Shown: positions 8,946-19,101, numbered from the stretch's first letter. The stretch is 64,000 bases of DNA from an uncultured Actinomycetes bacterium (GCA_963742735.1 CAVUMN010000003.1:224001-288000); one strand, 5' to 3'. Notes: generated by a model from the letters alone, not told the origin. Translations and numbers: made by a program.

Positions 8946-10367
8946 TTACGAGTTGCCTTCGGCGAGCCACCGCAGCGCACCGATGCTCGGCTGGAACAGA
9001 TACTCGCCACCGCGACATTCGGTGAAGCTCGGCTGGGGGTGGAGGAAGAAGGGCGGGTTCCCGGGGATCGTCATCTTGTCGTTCTCGTCGTCCGGCTCAC
9101 CGATCAGGAAGTCTCGGTCCTTGCCCACGCCGAGCGCGTCGCCGTCGTCGACCCAGAACGCCTGGATCGTCTCGAACTGCCGCTCGATGCTCGTGCAGAA
9201 GCACACGAAAGCCAGTCCGCGCTCCTGGCCGTCATCCTCCAGGGCGCCCTCCGCCAGGGGCGGTCCGTACGACCTCCCTCGCCGGATGATGCGGTGGCGC
9301 CGGGTGAGCTCGCCGCCGTAGAACTCGCGCGAGTCGCGAGGATTGGCCCGCCGGATGTGCGCGCCGAGCGGGCAGCGGAGCCCCTGGTCGTCCGGCTCGT
9401 AGGTGAAGTCGTTGATCCGGTTGGGATCGCCCGAGATCGCGGGGTCCGGCCGGTCGGGCGAGAGCTCGAGCGGGGTTCCGTCGCGCCACCGGCCGACGAT
9501 CTTCGCCGCGAGCATCTCGGGACCACCCGGATAGGCCTTCCCCTTCTCCTCGAGGTAGGAGCGGAATCCGGCGACGTTCGTGGCGAGCTTGCGAAACACC
9601 ATGAAGGTGGCGTTGCGGTCGAACGGGGCGGCCGGGGCGGCGGGGATGCCCTTGTCCTCGTCCACGTACCCGAACACGAAGTCGCCCGTGGCCAGGGCGC
9701 GCCAGCGACCCTTGCCCGTCGGGTGGCCGTCTCCCGGCCGTGGGGTCACGCCGCTTCCCTCGATGGCCGGCTGGGAGATTCCGTCGATGAAGCCGAAGTG
9801 GTCTCGCCCGCCGGGCAAGGCCTCCGCGCGCTGCTCGAAGAGGACCGTCGTCGATCCCGAGGACTGTCCGATCTGGTGCAGCTGATCGCGGCGCGCGTCC
9901 AGCCGTTCGTCGTCGACCGCGTACACCGTCACCAGCGCGTGGACCTCGCCGCTCCCCAGGCCCGGATCCCAGCGCTCCGGCGCGCTCGGCCCTCGGTCGC
10001 CGAGGCGAGCCGCCCGCGCGGCCATGCCCTCGCGAAACTCCGGCGGGAACGTCTCCAGGATGGCATCGGACACCCCGAGCGCCTGCAACCCGGCATAGGT
10101 GAAGGCAACCTGCATGGCGGTTGGAGGAGGGTCGCCGGTCCACGGCTCGGCCGTGGTGATCTGGGGCAGCATCCCGCGCAGCAGCTCCCGCGCGCGATCG
10201 GGGTGGTCGATGCGAAGGAAGACGTACGCCGCTGTCGGGTAGGTGTAGCCGCGGAGGACGTTGCCCTGCAGGTCGGCCAGGTCGACGTTCGCGGTCTCGC
10301 CCTCGCGAACGGGGAGGTCCGGCGGCCGTCGAACGGGCTCGGTCTTCGTCTGCCCCTGATCAGCCAT
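8946..10367 (-). CDS. DyP-type heme peroxidase, copy 1
   Basis: GxxDG motif (FGFIDGISQP), CPLGAHIRRANPRD (proximal His), HRIIRRGRSYG, GLAFVCF; TGATG coupling to the upstream gene. Confidence 0.92.
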   Translation of the reverse strand: MADQGQTKTEPVRRPPDLPVREGETANVDLADLQGNVLRGYTYPTAAYVFLRIDHPDRARELLRGMLPQITTAEPWTGDPPPTAMQVAFTYAGLQALGVSDAILETFPPEFREGMAARAARLGDRGPSAPERWDPGLGSGEVHALVTVYAVDDERLDARRDQLHQIGQSSGSTTVLFEQRAEALPGGRDHFGFIDGISQPAIEGSGVTPRPGDGHPTGKGRWRALATGDFVFGYVDEDKGIPAAPAAPFDRNATFMVFRKLATNVAGFRSYLEEKGKAYPGGPEMLAAKIVGRWRDGTPLELSPDRPDPAISGDPNRINDFTYEPDDQGLRCPLGAHIRRANPRDSREFYGGELTRRHRIIRRGRSYGPPLAEGALEDDGQERGLAFVCFCTSIERQFETIQAFWVDDGDALGVGKDRDFLIGEPDDENDKMTIPGNPPFFLHPQPSFTECRGGEYLFQPSIGALRWLAEGNS

Positions 10368-10921
10368 CAGCTCTGTCCCTCCCCGAAGGTGGCGTAGAAG
10401 CGTCGATGCAGTTCCTCGGCGTCCAGACCCTGCGCCGCGATCGCGAAGTCGACGACTCGCCGCCGGGCGTCGAGGCTCTCCAGGACCTCCGGAACCGACC
10501 CCTGAAAGCTCGAGGCGAACGACGACGAGAGCAGCTGGTGAGCGCGCATGTAGCGCTTGAATGCGATGCGGTCTGAGGTCCCGGGATAGCCGATGCAGTG
10601 GCTCCACCACGAGTCCGCCTCCGCGGGAAGCCGCTCGCAGATCGCGTCGAGGAAGGCCTCGGCGTCGCCGCTGATCGTGGCCGTGAACACCATGTAGTTC
10701 GTGGTCAGGTGGTCCGGCTTCACCTTGGGTCCCGGATGCACCAGGTGGTCGAAGATCTGCAGGCGCGAATAGTGGAGCTGTTCGAGCCGCGCCAGCGGGC
10801 TGGCTTCCCCCCACGCGAGCGCGTCGATGGCCTCGCGCGCGGCGGTCTCGTGACCGGGGGTCACGGGCGCGAAGACGGTGAGCGCGTAGTGGACCCCGTC
10901 CTTGTTCCCCCGCTCACCCAT
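10367..10921 (-). CDS. DyP-associated hypothetical protein B, copy 1
   Basis: MGERGNKDGVHYALTVFAP...LHYSRLQI...FLDAICERLP..ADSWW..CIGYPG; coupled on both sides by TGATG; clear paralog at 19942-20499. Confidence 0.85.
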   Translation of the reverse strand: MGERGNKDGVHYALTVFAPVTPGHETAAREAIDALAWGEASPLARLEQLHYSRLQIFDHLVHPGPKVKPDHLTTNYMVFTATISGDAEAFLDAICERLPAEADSWWSHCIGYPGTSDRIAFKRYMRAHQLLSSSFASSFQGSVPEVLESLDARRRVVDFAIAAQGLDAEELHRRFYATFGEGQS

Positions 10922-11532
10922 CAGAGCGACCTCTGGTAGGTGGTGAGGAACCGGTCGTACGCCGTCTTGAACTCCGCCGGGCTCAGCCCGCGACCCTCCG
11001 CCTTCAGGGCCTCGAGACCGGTGCGGACCCGTAGCGCGTCCCGGACGATCTCCGGGCTCGCCTCGGGGTAGGCGGCGTAGTAGTGGCCGCCCTCCATGCT
11101 GTTGCGGGCGATCCAGGCCTTCAGCGGCTCGGCCGGGGGCGGCTTCGGGAAGTGGAAGCCCCGTCCCCACACGAACCCGATCACCTGAGGGATCACGTAG
11201 GCGAACGCGTCGATGTAGTTCTGCCACGACTGGTCGAAGTGCGCCTCGAAGAAGATGTAGTTGTAGTTGAGCTTGGTGTGGTCCTTCGGATCACCGACGT
11301 TGGGCATCGTCTTCTTGAGCACCGCCGTGCGCATGAAGGCGATCCGCCCCACGACGACCAGGCGCTTGTTCAGCTTCGGGAAGTACTTCGCCAGCCACAG
11401 CACCACCCTCAGGGGGCGCACCCACGCCGGCCGGACCGGCGTGTACAGGGAGAGCCCGGTCATGCGCCCGATCGTGTTGCCGGGAACGGGACCCGCGTTG
11501 CGCGGGAGTGGACTCGTCAGGGCCTGCGCCAT
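10921..11532 (-). CDS. DyP-associated hypothetical protein A, copy 1
   Basis: GGAGG RBS, MAQALTSPL...; YIFFEAHFD...YIDAFAYV, FPKPPPAEPLKAWI, YAAYPEA; paralog at 19319-19942. Confidence 0.85.
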   Translation of the reverse strand: MAQALTSPLPRNAGPVPGNTIGRMTGLSLYTPVRPAWVRPLRVVLWLAKYFPKLNKRLVVVGRIAFMRTAVLKKTMPNVGDPKDHTKLNYNYIFFEAHFDQSWQNYIDAFAYVIPQVIGFVWGRGFHFPKPPPAEPLKAWIARNSMEGGHYYAAYPEASPEIVRDALRVRTGLEALKAEGRGLSPAEFKTAYDRFLTTYQRSL

Positions 11533-11536
11533 CGAT

Positions 11537-12994
11537 CTACCTCCCCCATAGTTGCTTGCCTTCCACCTGCCGGCGCGCGTGATTCGGGTTGCCGAACCGC
11601 TCGTAGTACTCGAGCTCGAGATGCGAGAACTGTGTCCAGATGCCCGGAAGGTAGAACGCGTCGGTGTGCGCGGGGAACCGTCCGTACGTCTCGTACAGAT
11701 AGCGACAGATCTCCTTGGCGTACTTGATCGCTTCCGGCGGATGCGGCTTGGCGTTGCGGAGGTAGGTCTCCGCGCTGTCGCGATCCTTGTACGCCAGACC
11801 GAACATCTCGACGTCCCCGTAGATCCCCTTCGGGCCCATCTTCTCCTCCAGGAGCTGGTCGACGGCCGCATCCATGTCCGTGACGTACGGTGGGCACAAT
11901 CCCTCGAGCACGCCGTCGATCCCGACGTAGTTCGGCTGCGAGGCCGGAACCGGCGGCATCCGGCGCCAGCGCCCCTTCGGCGTCTTGGTGGTGTGCTGTC
12001 GGAAGCCCAGTCCGAGCGCCTGGTTCTCGGGATCGCGCTGCATGATGTGCGGGGCCAGGGGAGCGCTGTGCACCCAGCCGCCCAGGCGGAGGGCCTCGCC
12101 GGTCAGCAGCAGGTTCTGCAGCAGCAGGAACGCCTCGTAGTCGGTGCGCGCCGAGCCGAGGGCCCCCATGGGCACGGGCACGTCGGTGGTGACGAATCCT
12201 CCCTTGACCCGCTTGATGCCGCCGATCGGCTGGTAGGGGATCGGGTCGACGAACCCCAGCTTGGCGGCGGCCCACGCAATGCGCTCGACGGGGCCCTTCG
12301 GATGGAACTTCCGCCAGTCATCGACGAAGAGCGGTGCGGCACCCGGCTGCTCCGAAAGCAGGATCAGGAGCGCGTTGATGTACTGCCGGGTGTTGTCGAC
12401 GACCGGCAGGAAGCACGTGGTGCCCGGCGCGTTGGAGTGGTGGGCGTTCCAACCCAGGTAGTAGGGCCACCGGCGCGGGAACGTCATCCGCTCCTCGTGG
12501 ACCTTCACCTTGACCAGGTTCGCGTAGGTGAGCCAGTCGTCCTCGGTGCGGTCCTCCCACCGGCGGGGAATCTGCCGGAAGATCTCCAGGGCGTCCCGGC
12601 CCCACGGGCGCCGCAGGAGCCAGATGCCCTCGTCGTTGATCATGAACATCGTGGTCGCCTGGGCGTTGTCCGGGCTCGGGCCGGCCCGGCCGACGGGATG
12701 CATCATCGACATGCCCATCTCCGGGAAGCCGTCCAACCGGAACAGCGGGCCGTCGTTCATGATCGGCCCCGTCGGCCCCGTGGCGGCGATGAGGATCGCC
12801 TCCTCGAGCGGGGTGACGGGTGACGGCGGATTGGCGCTCTCGTACGTCATCGGCCCGGCGGGCAGCGAGACCCCTTGCGCCACCCGTCGTGTTCGGCGGT
12901 CCTGGAGCGCCTCGGTCAACGGGTAGCTGAAGAGGTCCTGGAGGCCGGCATGGGCCGCCGGTCCGGAGGCCGGGCGCGCGTTCGCTGGATCCAT
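11537..12994 (-). CDS. Large nitroreductase-fold-like hypothetical protein
   Basis: RRTRR near the N-terminus, RAGPSPDN, LQNLLLTGEALRLGGW resemble FMN-binding nitroreductase superfamily motifs; first gene of the operon. Confidence 0.6.
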   Translation of the reverse strand: MDPANARPASGPAAHAGLQDLFSYPLTEALQDRRTRRVAQGVSLPAGPMTYESANPPSPVTPLEEAILIAATGPTGPIMNDGPLFRLDGFPEMGMSMMHPVGRAGPSPDNAQATTMFMINDEGIWLLRRPWGRDALEIFRQIPRRWEDRTEDDWLTYANLVKVKVHEERMTFPRRWPYYLGWNAHHSNAPGTTCFLPVVDNTRQYINALLILLSEQPGAAPLFVDDWRKFHPKGPVERIAWAAAKLGFVDPIPYQPIGGIKRVKGGFVTTDVPVPMGALGSARTDYEAFLLLQNLLLTGEALRLGGWVHSAPLAPHIMQRDPENQALGLGFRQHTTKTPKGRWRRMPPVPASQPNYVGIDGVLEGLCPPYVTDMDAAVDQLLEEKMGPKGIYGDVEMFGLAYKDRDSAETYLRNAKPHPPEAIKYAKEICRYLYETYGRFPAHTDAFYLPGIWTQFSHLELEYYERFGNPNHARRQVEGKQLWGR

Positions 12995-13229
12995 CAATGC
13001 GGGAGCTGCCCCTGTGGCGGGCGCTCGGTCTGGAACGTGCTCGGGCCGCTACGGGGCGCCACAGTCAATCCGGACCCTTCGTCTCGAGAGTAACGATCGG
13101 AAGAAATCTATCGGCGATCTGGGCCCGCGCGCAAGCGCGCGACCCGCCCCCGGGGACGGCTAGCGGTCGCCTGCGCCTGCGTGATACAAGGACCGACGAG
13201 TCCGACGAAACCAACATGAAGGGATGTGG

Positions 13230-14303
13230 ATGAGCGTGAGCGGCGCCCCGGCGCCCTGGACGGGTGCCGCCCCCGAGCACCCGCAGCGACCGCTTCGGCT
13301 CGACGCCCCGCGCCCTCTGGGCGTGACGACGTCGGACGGGTATCGGGTGGGCCTCACCCGCTACTCGGGGGGATCGAAGGGGCCGGTCATGCTGGCTCCC
13401 GGCTTCGGCACCACCACCTACGGGTTCGTCCTCGACACCGTGGAGACGAACCTCACGGAATTCCTGGTCGCGGAGGGATACGACGTCTGGCTTTTCGACT
13501 ACCGGGCCAGTCCCGCGCTGGACTCCGCCGACCAGCCGTACTCGGTCGACGACATCGCCCTGCGCGACTGGCCCGCCGCGGTCGACACCGTGCGCGCCGA
13601 GACCGGAGCCGACAGCGTCCAGGTCGTGGCGCACTGCGTCGGATCGATCTCCTTCCTGATGGCGAAGCTCGGGGGCCTCGAGGGAGTTCGGTCGGCGGTG
13701 TCCTCCGCGCTCACGACGCACCCGGCGCCGCCCACGTCGCTCGCCCTGAAGACCGGCCTGCACTTCTCCTCCTTCCTCGAGGGGGCGGGGGTCGACACGA
13801 TCACCACCGACTACGAGGGCGACTGGGACGACCGGGTGATCGATCGACTCATGCACGCGTATCCCACGCAGGAGCGCTGCGAGCTCCCGGAGTGCCGGCG
13901 GATCCTGTTCATCTACGGCGAGGTCTTCGACCACGACCAGCTGAACACCGCGACCCATCAGGCGGTCCCGGAGATGTTCGGGATGGCGAGCCTGAGCCCG
14001 TTCCGCCACCTGGCCCGCATCATGCGCAAGGGGCACGTCGTGAACACGGAGGGGGAGGAGACCTACCTCACACACCTCGACCGGCTGGCGTTCCCCCTGA
14101 CGTTCATCCACGGGGCGAACAACCGGATGTTCCTCCCCGAGGGGACCAAGAACACGTACGACATCGTCAGGGAAGCCAACGGCGACCACTGGTACAAGCA
14201 CCACGTGATCCCCGGCTACTCCCACATGGACGCGTTCATCGGCAAGGACGCCTCCCGCGACGTCTTCCCGCTGATCCTGCAGGAGCTCGCCGAGCACCAG
14301 TGA
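13230..14303 (+). CDS. Alpha/beta-hydrolase resembling the C-terminal domain of cholesterol-oxidase-like GMC fusions
   Basis: GYDVWLFDYRAS, nucleophile elbow AHCVG, IPGYSHMDAFIG; aligns by eye with the last ~330 aa of 15694-19101. Confidence 0.85.
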   Translation: MSVSGAPAPWTGAAPEHPQRPLRLDAPRPLGVTTSDGYRVGLTRYSGGSKGPVMLAPGFGTTTYGFVLDTVETNLTEFLVAEGYDVWLFDYRASPALDSADQPYSVDDIALRDWPAAVDTVRAETGADSVQVVAHCVGSISFLMAKLGGLEGVRSAVSSALTTHPAPPTSLALKTGLHFSSFLEGAGVDTITTDYEGDWDDRVIDRLMHAYPTQERCELPECRRILFIYGEVFDHDQLNTATHQAVPEMFGMASLSPFRHLARIMRKGHVVNTEGEETYLTHLDRLAFPLTFIHGANNRMFLPEGTKNTYDIVREANGDHWYKHHVIPGYSHMDAFIGKDASRDVFPLILQELAEHQ

Positions 14304-14343
14304 CGTGGAGGCCCCGCCGGGGGGCGGGGTGCGCGGCGGCCCG

Positions 14344-15683
14344 TCAGCCGATCTCGTGCGTGCTCAGGTCGTTGATCGTGCCGGTCCAGGCCTCGAACGC
14401 GGGGGCGCCCTTCACGAGCTGTGACCCCGCGTGCTCACCCTCCCGGTAGAAGATCGTGTACGTCAGGCTCTTCCAGCTGAGCCAGTCGTCACCCGCGTCC
14501 CCCTGCCGGTGGACCGGACGCCACGTGCCCGTGTTGATGTAGATGCGCTCGTGGTCGTTCGGAGGGTCGCCGACGAAGCCGACCGGCCGCACGTCGGCCG
14601 CGTGGGTGTGTCCGTACACGACGTACAGCACGCGGCCGGCGGTCTCGACGTCGCGATCCAGGCGACGGAACTCCTCGACCGCCTTTTGGCCGAACGCCAC
14701 CTCCTGCTTCAGCTCCGCCTGGTCGATCCCCTTCAGGGAACGGTCGAACTTGGTGAACTTGAGGACCTGCAGGGCCTTCATCAAGATCTGGAGCCGGTCG
14801 GCCCGGTCGAACGGGTTCGACATGCGGTCGTGCTTGTCGAACCAGCCCTTCACGAACGGAACGCTCTCGAAATCGTCCGCGGCCCCGCGCATGGCCTCGT
14901 TCAGCATCGCCTTGACGTCCTCGTCGAAGCGGTCCGTGTGGTAGCCGAGCCAGTGGATAAGCGACATCATCGGCCGCACGTCGAAGAGGTTCTGGAACTT
15001 GTGGTACAGCCCGATGCGGTCGGGGTGGTCCTCGGGCATCACCTCCAGCACCTTCAGCGGCAGCTTCGAGGCCATCTCGCTGGCCAGCAGGTCGCCGATG
15101 GGGATCTTCATGTAGTCCTCGAACGGGATCTGGACGTGGTCGCGGATGCTGAACGCGTCGCTCTCCTCGAAGTTGAACGGGTCCCACTCCTGGCCGTGGC
15201 GGGCATACACGCCGTAGTCGAGGTCCAGGAACGTGTGGTCGAACGGAGCGTCGCTCGGAGGGATGCCGAAAACCTCCCGCGCGCGGACCCGGAGCGTCGG
15301 ATACAGGTTGACGAGCCGGTCGTGGTTGCCGGGGACGAAGACGCGCTCGGGCTCCACCGGAAAGTCGAACTGCTCGCCAAGGCTCCCCTGGAAGATGTCG
15401 AAGGTCGCCTTGTTCTCCGAGACCACGCTCTCGAACACCTTCGTCACCGCCTCCAGGGAGGGGTTCCCCCCCACGGGCGCTCCTCGGGATCGATCGTGAA
15501 CCACTGCTCCGTTCGGATCAGGTCGAAGATGTCGCCGAGGAACACGATCTTGATGTCCTTGGCGCCGGCCTCCCGGGCCTTGGTACCCAGGTCGCGGAAG
15601 ATCCGCTGAAACACGTCGACGCCCAGGTAGTGCTGACCGCTCGACCCGTCCATGAGATGGAGATCGCTGACGATGATGAGCAC
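14344..15683 (-). pseudogene. Calcineurin-like metallophosphoesterase, split by a frameshift at a G7 run
   Basis: GGAGGA RBS, GTG, SDLH and LGDIFD in one frame; PGNHD, RHG, YGHTH and YINTGTW in another; the frames switch at 15466-15472 (GGGGGGG on the minus strand). Confidence 0.8.
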
Positions 15684-15693
15684 GCTGTCCTCC

Positions 15694-18600
15694 CTACTCC
15701 TGTTCCAGTGCCTGGAGCACGATCGGGTACACGTTCTTGGCGGCGCCCTCGCCGATGAGGACATCTGCATGACCATTGCCGGGGATCAGGTGCCGGCTGA
15801 CCCGCGCGGCCGGGTTCCCCTGCAGGAGCGTCTCCACGGTCGTGGCGCTGCCCTCGGGGAGGAACACGACGTCCTCCTCGCCGTGCACGAACGTGAGGGG
15901 CAACCCGAGCCGGTCGAGGTGGGGGAGGTAGACGTCCTCTCCGGTCGCCGAGACGAGCCGTCCCCGCGCGGCCATCAGGCCGAGGTGGTCGAGCAGCGTG
16001 GGATCGGGTGCTCCGTACAGCTCCGCCAGGGCGCCGTGGGTCGCCGGCGCCAGGCCCGTGTGTGAGAACTGTGGCCCGTAGAGGACCGAGATCCTGGCGC
16101 ACGCAGGGCTGCCACAGTCGTCCGCCGCATCCCGGCCGAGCGTGGCGCCCGCCGCGTCGATCAGGGGGATCCACCCGCCACGATCCACGCCCAGCATCGC
16201 CGACGCGGAGTCGGCCTGAAGCGTCTGAAGGGCCGCGGGGACGAACAGGCCGCCCCGGGCGCCGTCGCCCGTGACCGCGGGGTGAGCGCTCGCGCCGATC
16301 ACCACGGCGGCGCGCACTCCCTCGGTCCCTCCGAGCAGGCTCATGAGCAGGGTGAGCCCGCCGGCGCCGTGGCCGACCGCCTGCACGCTGGCGGCGGCGG
16401 TGCGGCTCAGGACCTCCTGGATCGCGGCGGGCCAGTCCTGCGTCGCGACGTCGTCCGCGTTCGAGGCGTCGCGGGCCCCGGGGAGGATCACGCTGTCCCG
16501 CCAGTCCAGGAGCCAGACGTCGAACTTGTGGGCCACCAGGTACTCGACCAGGTTGGGCTGCACGGTGTCCAGGGCGAACACCCGGCTCCACGTCCCCACG
16601 TCGTGGGCGAGGATCACCGGGCCGCGGGTCCCTCCCTCGAACCGGGTCAGACGCAGCCCGACGCCGGCGTCCGATCGGACGGGGAACACCTCGGGGGTCG
16701 GAGCCCGAAGCGGTCGCAGCTTGCGCGGCGGGACGTCGGGGTCGAGGAAGGACGCGCGGGGGGGCCGGTCCTTGCCGCCCCCGAACCCCAGGTAGACGTG
16801 GGCCAGCTCGCCCATGAAGAACCGGATGAACTTCGTCTGGGTCTCCAGGCGTTCGACGATCGAGCCGGTGTTGATCGCGACCGTGCCCTGCATCTGGCGC
16901 AGGAAGTCGAGGGGCGCGATCTTCAGCAGTCCGCGGCCGGCGAGCGGCGCCGCGTCGTCCTCACCGTCGTAGACGGAGATGTACAGGGTGGTCGTGTCGG
17001 CCCAGGTGTCCGGCCCCGGGTCGTCGCGGACCACCTTGTAGCCGTCGAAGAACAGGCGGCGGCCCTCCTCGGTGGACAGGTGCATGCGATACCGCATCTC
17101 CCGTCCCCGGCCGCGTTCCGGATCCGGGGCCAGCAGGTTGAACTCCCCCTTGGTCACGGCGATCGGGTCGCGGGAGAGATGGGGAGCGACGACGGAGCCC
17201 ACGATCTGGGCGGCGTGGCGGTCGTCGCCCAGGAGCCCGTCGAGGTCCTGGCTGGCGATCGTCAGCGTGAACTCGAAGGAGGACCCGTTCGCCTCGCCCT
17301 GCGCGGCTCCCTCCGCGTAGTCGTCGATCGGGAGCGTGGACACATGGCCGTGCATCCGCTCCGTGAACCGGACCCCGGGCTTGCGGGCGGGCGGCGCGGC
17401 GCGCGGCGCCGGTGGCTCGGCGGGCTCCGTCCAGCCGCGCTCGGAGGTGAGCAGGGCCACCGATCGTTCGGCCACCGCCGAGATCGTGAACGAGGGGTTG
17501 ATCCCGAGCGAGCGCGGCACCACCGACCCGTCGCAAACCAGGAGCGAGTCGTACACCGCGTCACCCTCTCCCGTGAACACCTGGCCGCGGTGGTTCACCG
17601 CACCCGTCGAGGCGTCCTCGCCCATGGGGCACCCGCCCAGCGGATGCACGGTGACCAGGTCGTGCCCCAGGAGGCCGCTCCAGACCGGGTTCCGGATGTA
17701 CCGGCCGCCGTTCGCCTCGGCGGCGCGGCGCATGACGTCGTCCAGCCGCGCCCATCGGGCCTGCTCTCCCACGCCCGGCCACACGACCCGCGACCGGTCG
17801 TCGTCCAGGACGATGCGGCCGCCGGCGTCGTCGTGCGCCATGACCAGGTAGATCTGCGAGTGGTTCACGGAGCCGGAGTACGGACCGTTCACCAGGCTGT
17901 CGAGCTCGTGCTGCGTCTCGACGGGCGAGGCCGCGCCGGGGGTCACATCGACACCGGCGGTCCGCGCCGCGAGGGCGAACGCCTCCGGCAGCGCGCCGGC
18001 CAGCGCCCCGGGGATGACTCCCTCCTGGACGATCAACCCCTGGTCCAGCTCGGGCTGCTCGCGGAGGTCGATCACGCCCGTGATGCAGGGACCCACCGGC
18101 TCTCGGCCCGCCGGGCTCTGCGAGCCGAACCCGACGGCGTTCACCGGCTGCTCCCCGTTGTAGGCGAACCCGATCAGGTCACCGTTCCCGGAGAACCTCG
18201 ACCCGACGGCCGACGAGAGGGGGAGCCCGCGATCCCGCGAGCGAAGGAGGATCTCCGTCGAGCCGAGCGTGCCGGCGCCGAGCACGACCACGCCGGCCCG
18301 GACGAAGAGCTCCGGCGCGTGGAACCGCTCCCGTCCGGCCTGCATGGGCTGGTAGTGGACCAGCCAGCCGTCGTCGGACCGCTCGAGGGACCGCACCGCC
18401 GCCTGCGTGAAGATGTCCGCGCCGTGCGCGTAGGCGTCCGGCAGATAGTTCATGAGCGTCGTGCTCTTGGCGGCGTAGTTGCATCCCGAGACGCAGTCGC
18501 CGCACAGCATGCATGCGCTCTGCTGGACCCCAACGGGGTTGGGACCGTCCTCGTACCGCACGTTGATCGGCGTGCGGGCGAACGGCGCCCCCAGGTGCGC

Positions 18601-19101
18601 CGCGGAGCGCTCGAGGGCCTCCAGCTTCAGCAGCCGCGGCCAGTCCGCGGGAAAGGCCCCCGGGGTGAGCATCGCCTCGGCGCGCCGGTAGCCCTGCTCC
18701 AGGCCTCCCTCGACGTCGGCCCGGAACGCTTCCGGCCACTCGGGGGCCTGCAGCACCCGGGGCTCGGGGCGCATGTAGACGTTGGCGTTGATGAGGGAGG
18801 TCCCCCCCAGGCCGCACCCCACCAGGACGTGCATGTCCTGGTTGGCATGGAAGTCGAACATTCCGACGTGGGAACCGATATGGCCGGCGGGGGCGTCGAG
18901 CTGAAACTCGAGGGCCGCCTCCAGCTGCGTGTCGGGGTACTCGCCGGGCCGGATCTCTCTGCCGCGCTCGAGGACGCAGACCCGCCGCCCGGCGCGTGCC
19001 AGCCGAGAAGCGGCGATGCCTCCACCGTAGCCGGACCCCACGACGACGACGTCGTAGCGGTCCCCGATGTTCTGGAGCGGAGAGGAGATCGCCGAGATCA
19101 T
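15694..19101 (-). CDS. GMC oxidoreductase (cholesterol oxidase-like) fused to a central domain and a C-terminal alpha/beta-hydrolase-like domain
   Basis: VVVGSGYGG, GLGGTSLINA, CMLCGDCVSGC, TVHPLGGC, GINPSFTISA; C-terminal FDVWLLDWR...GHGAGG...GHADVLIG. Confidence 0.9.
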   Translation of the reverse strand: MISAISSPLQNIGDRYDVVVVGSGYGGGIAASRLARAGRRVCVLERGREIRPGEYPDTQLEAALEFQLDAPAGHIGSHVGMFDFHANQDMHVLVGCGLGGTSLINANVYMRPEPRVLQAPEWPEAFRADVEGGLEQGYRRAEAMLTPGAFPADWPRLLKLEALERSAAHLGAPFARTPINVRYEDGPNPVGVQQSACMLCGDCVSGCNYAAKSTTLMNYLPDAYAHGADIFTQAAVRSLERSDDGWLVHYQPMQAGRERFHAPELFVRAGVVVLGAGTLGSTEILLRSRDRGLPLSSAVGSRFSGNGDLIGFAYNGEQPVNAVGFGSQSPAGREPVGPCITGVIDLREQPELDQGLIVQEGVIPGALAGALPEAFALAARTAGVDVTPGAASPVETQHELDSLVNGPYSGSVNHSQIYLVMAHDDAGGRIVLDDDRSRVVWPGVGEQARWARLDDVMRRAAEANGGRYIRNPVWSGLLGHDLVTVHPLGGCPMGEDASTGAVNHRGQVFTGEGDAVYDSLLVCDGSVVPRSLGINPSFTISAVAERSVALLTSERGWTEPAEPPAPRAAPPARKPGVRFTERMHGHVSTLPIDDYAEGAAQGEANGSSFEFTLTIASQDLDGLLGDDRHAAQIVGSVVAPHLSRDPIAVTKGEFNLLAPDPERGRGREMRYRMHLSTEEGRRLFFDGYKVVRDDPGPDTWADTTTLYISVYDGEDDAAPLAGRGLLKIAPLDFLRQMQGTVAINTGSIVERLETQTKFIRFFMGELAHVYLGFGGGKDRPPRASFLDPDVPPRKLRPLRAPTPEVFPVRSDAGVGLRLTRFEGGTRGPVILAHDVGTWSRVFALDTVQPNLVEYLVAHKFDVWLLDWRDSVILPGARDASNADDVATQDWPAAIQEVLSRTAAASVQAVGHGAGGLTLLMSLLGGTEGVRAAVVIGASAHPAVTGDGARGGLFVPAALQTLQADSASAMLGVDRGGWIPLIDAAGATLGRDAADDCGSPACARISVLYGPQFSHTGLAPATHGALAELYGAPDPTLLDHLGLMAARGRLVSATGEDVYLPHLDRLGLPLTFVHGEEDVVFLPEGSATTVETLLQGNPAARVSRHLIPGNGHADVLIGEGAAKNVYPIVLQALEQE

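Noticed and set aside
13108-13135. GCCGATAG on the minus strand upstream of the nitroreductase-like operon
   Set aside because: No TCAAG-like -35; better read as a SigA-type TTGCGC-N18-TAGATT promoter.
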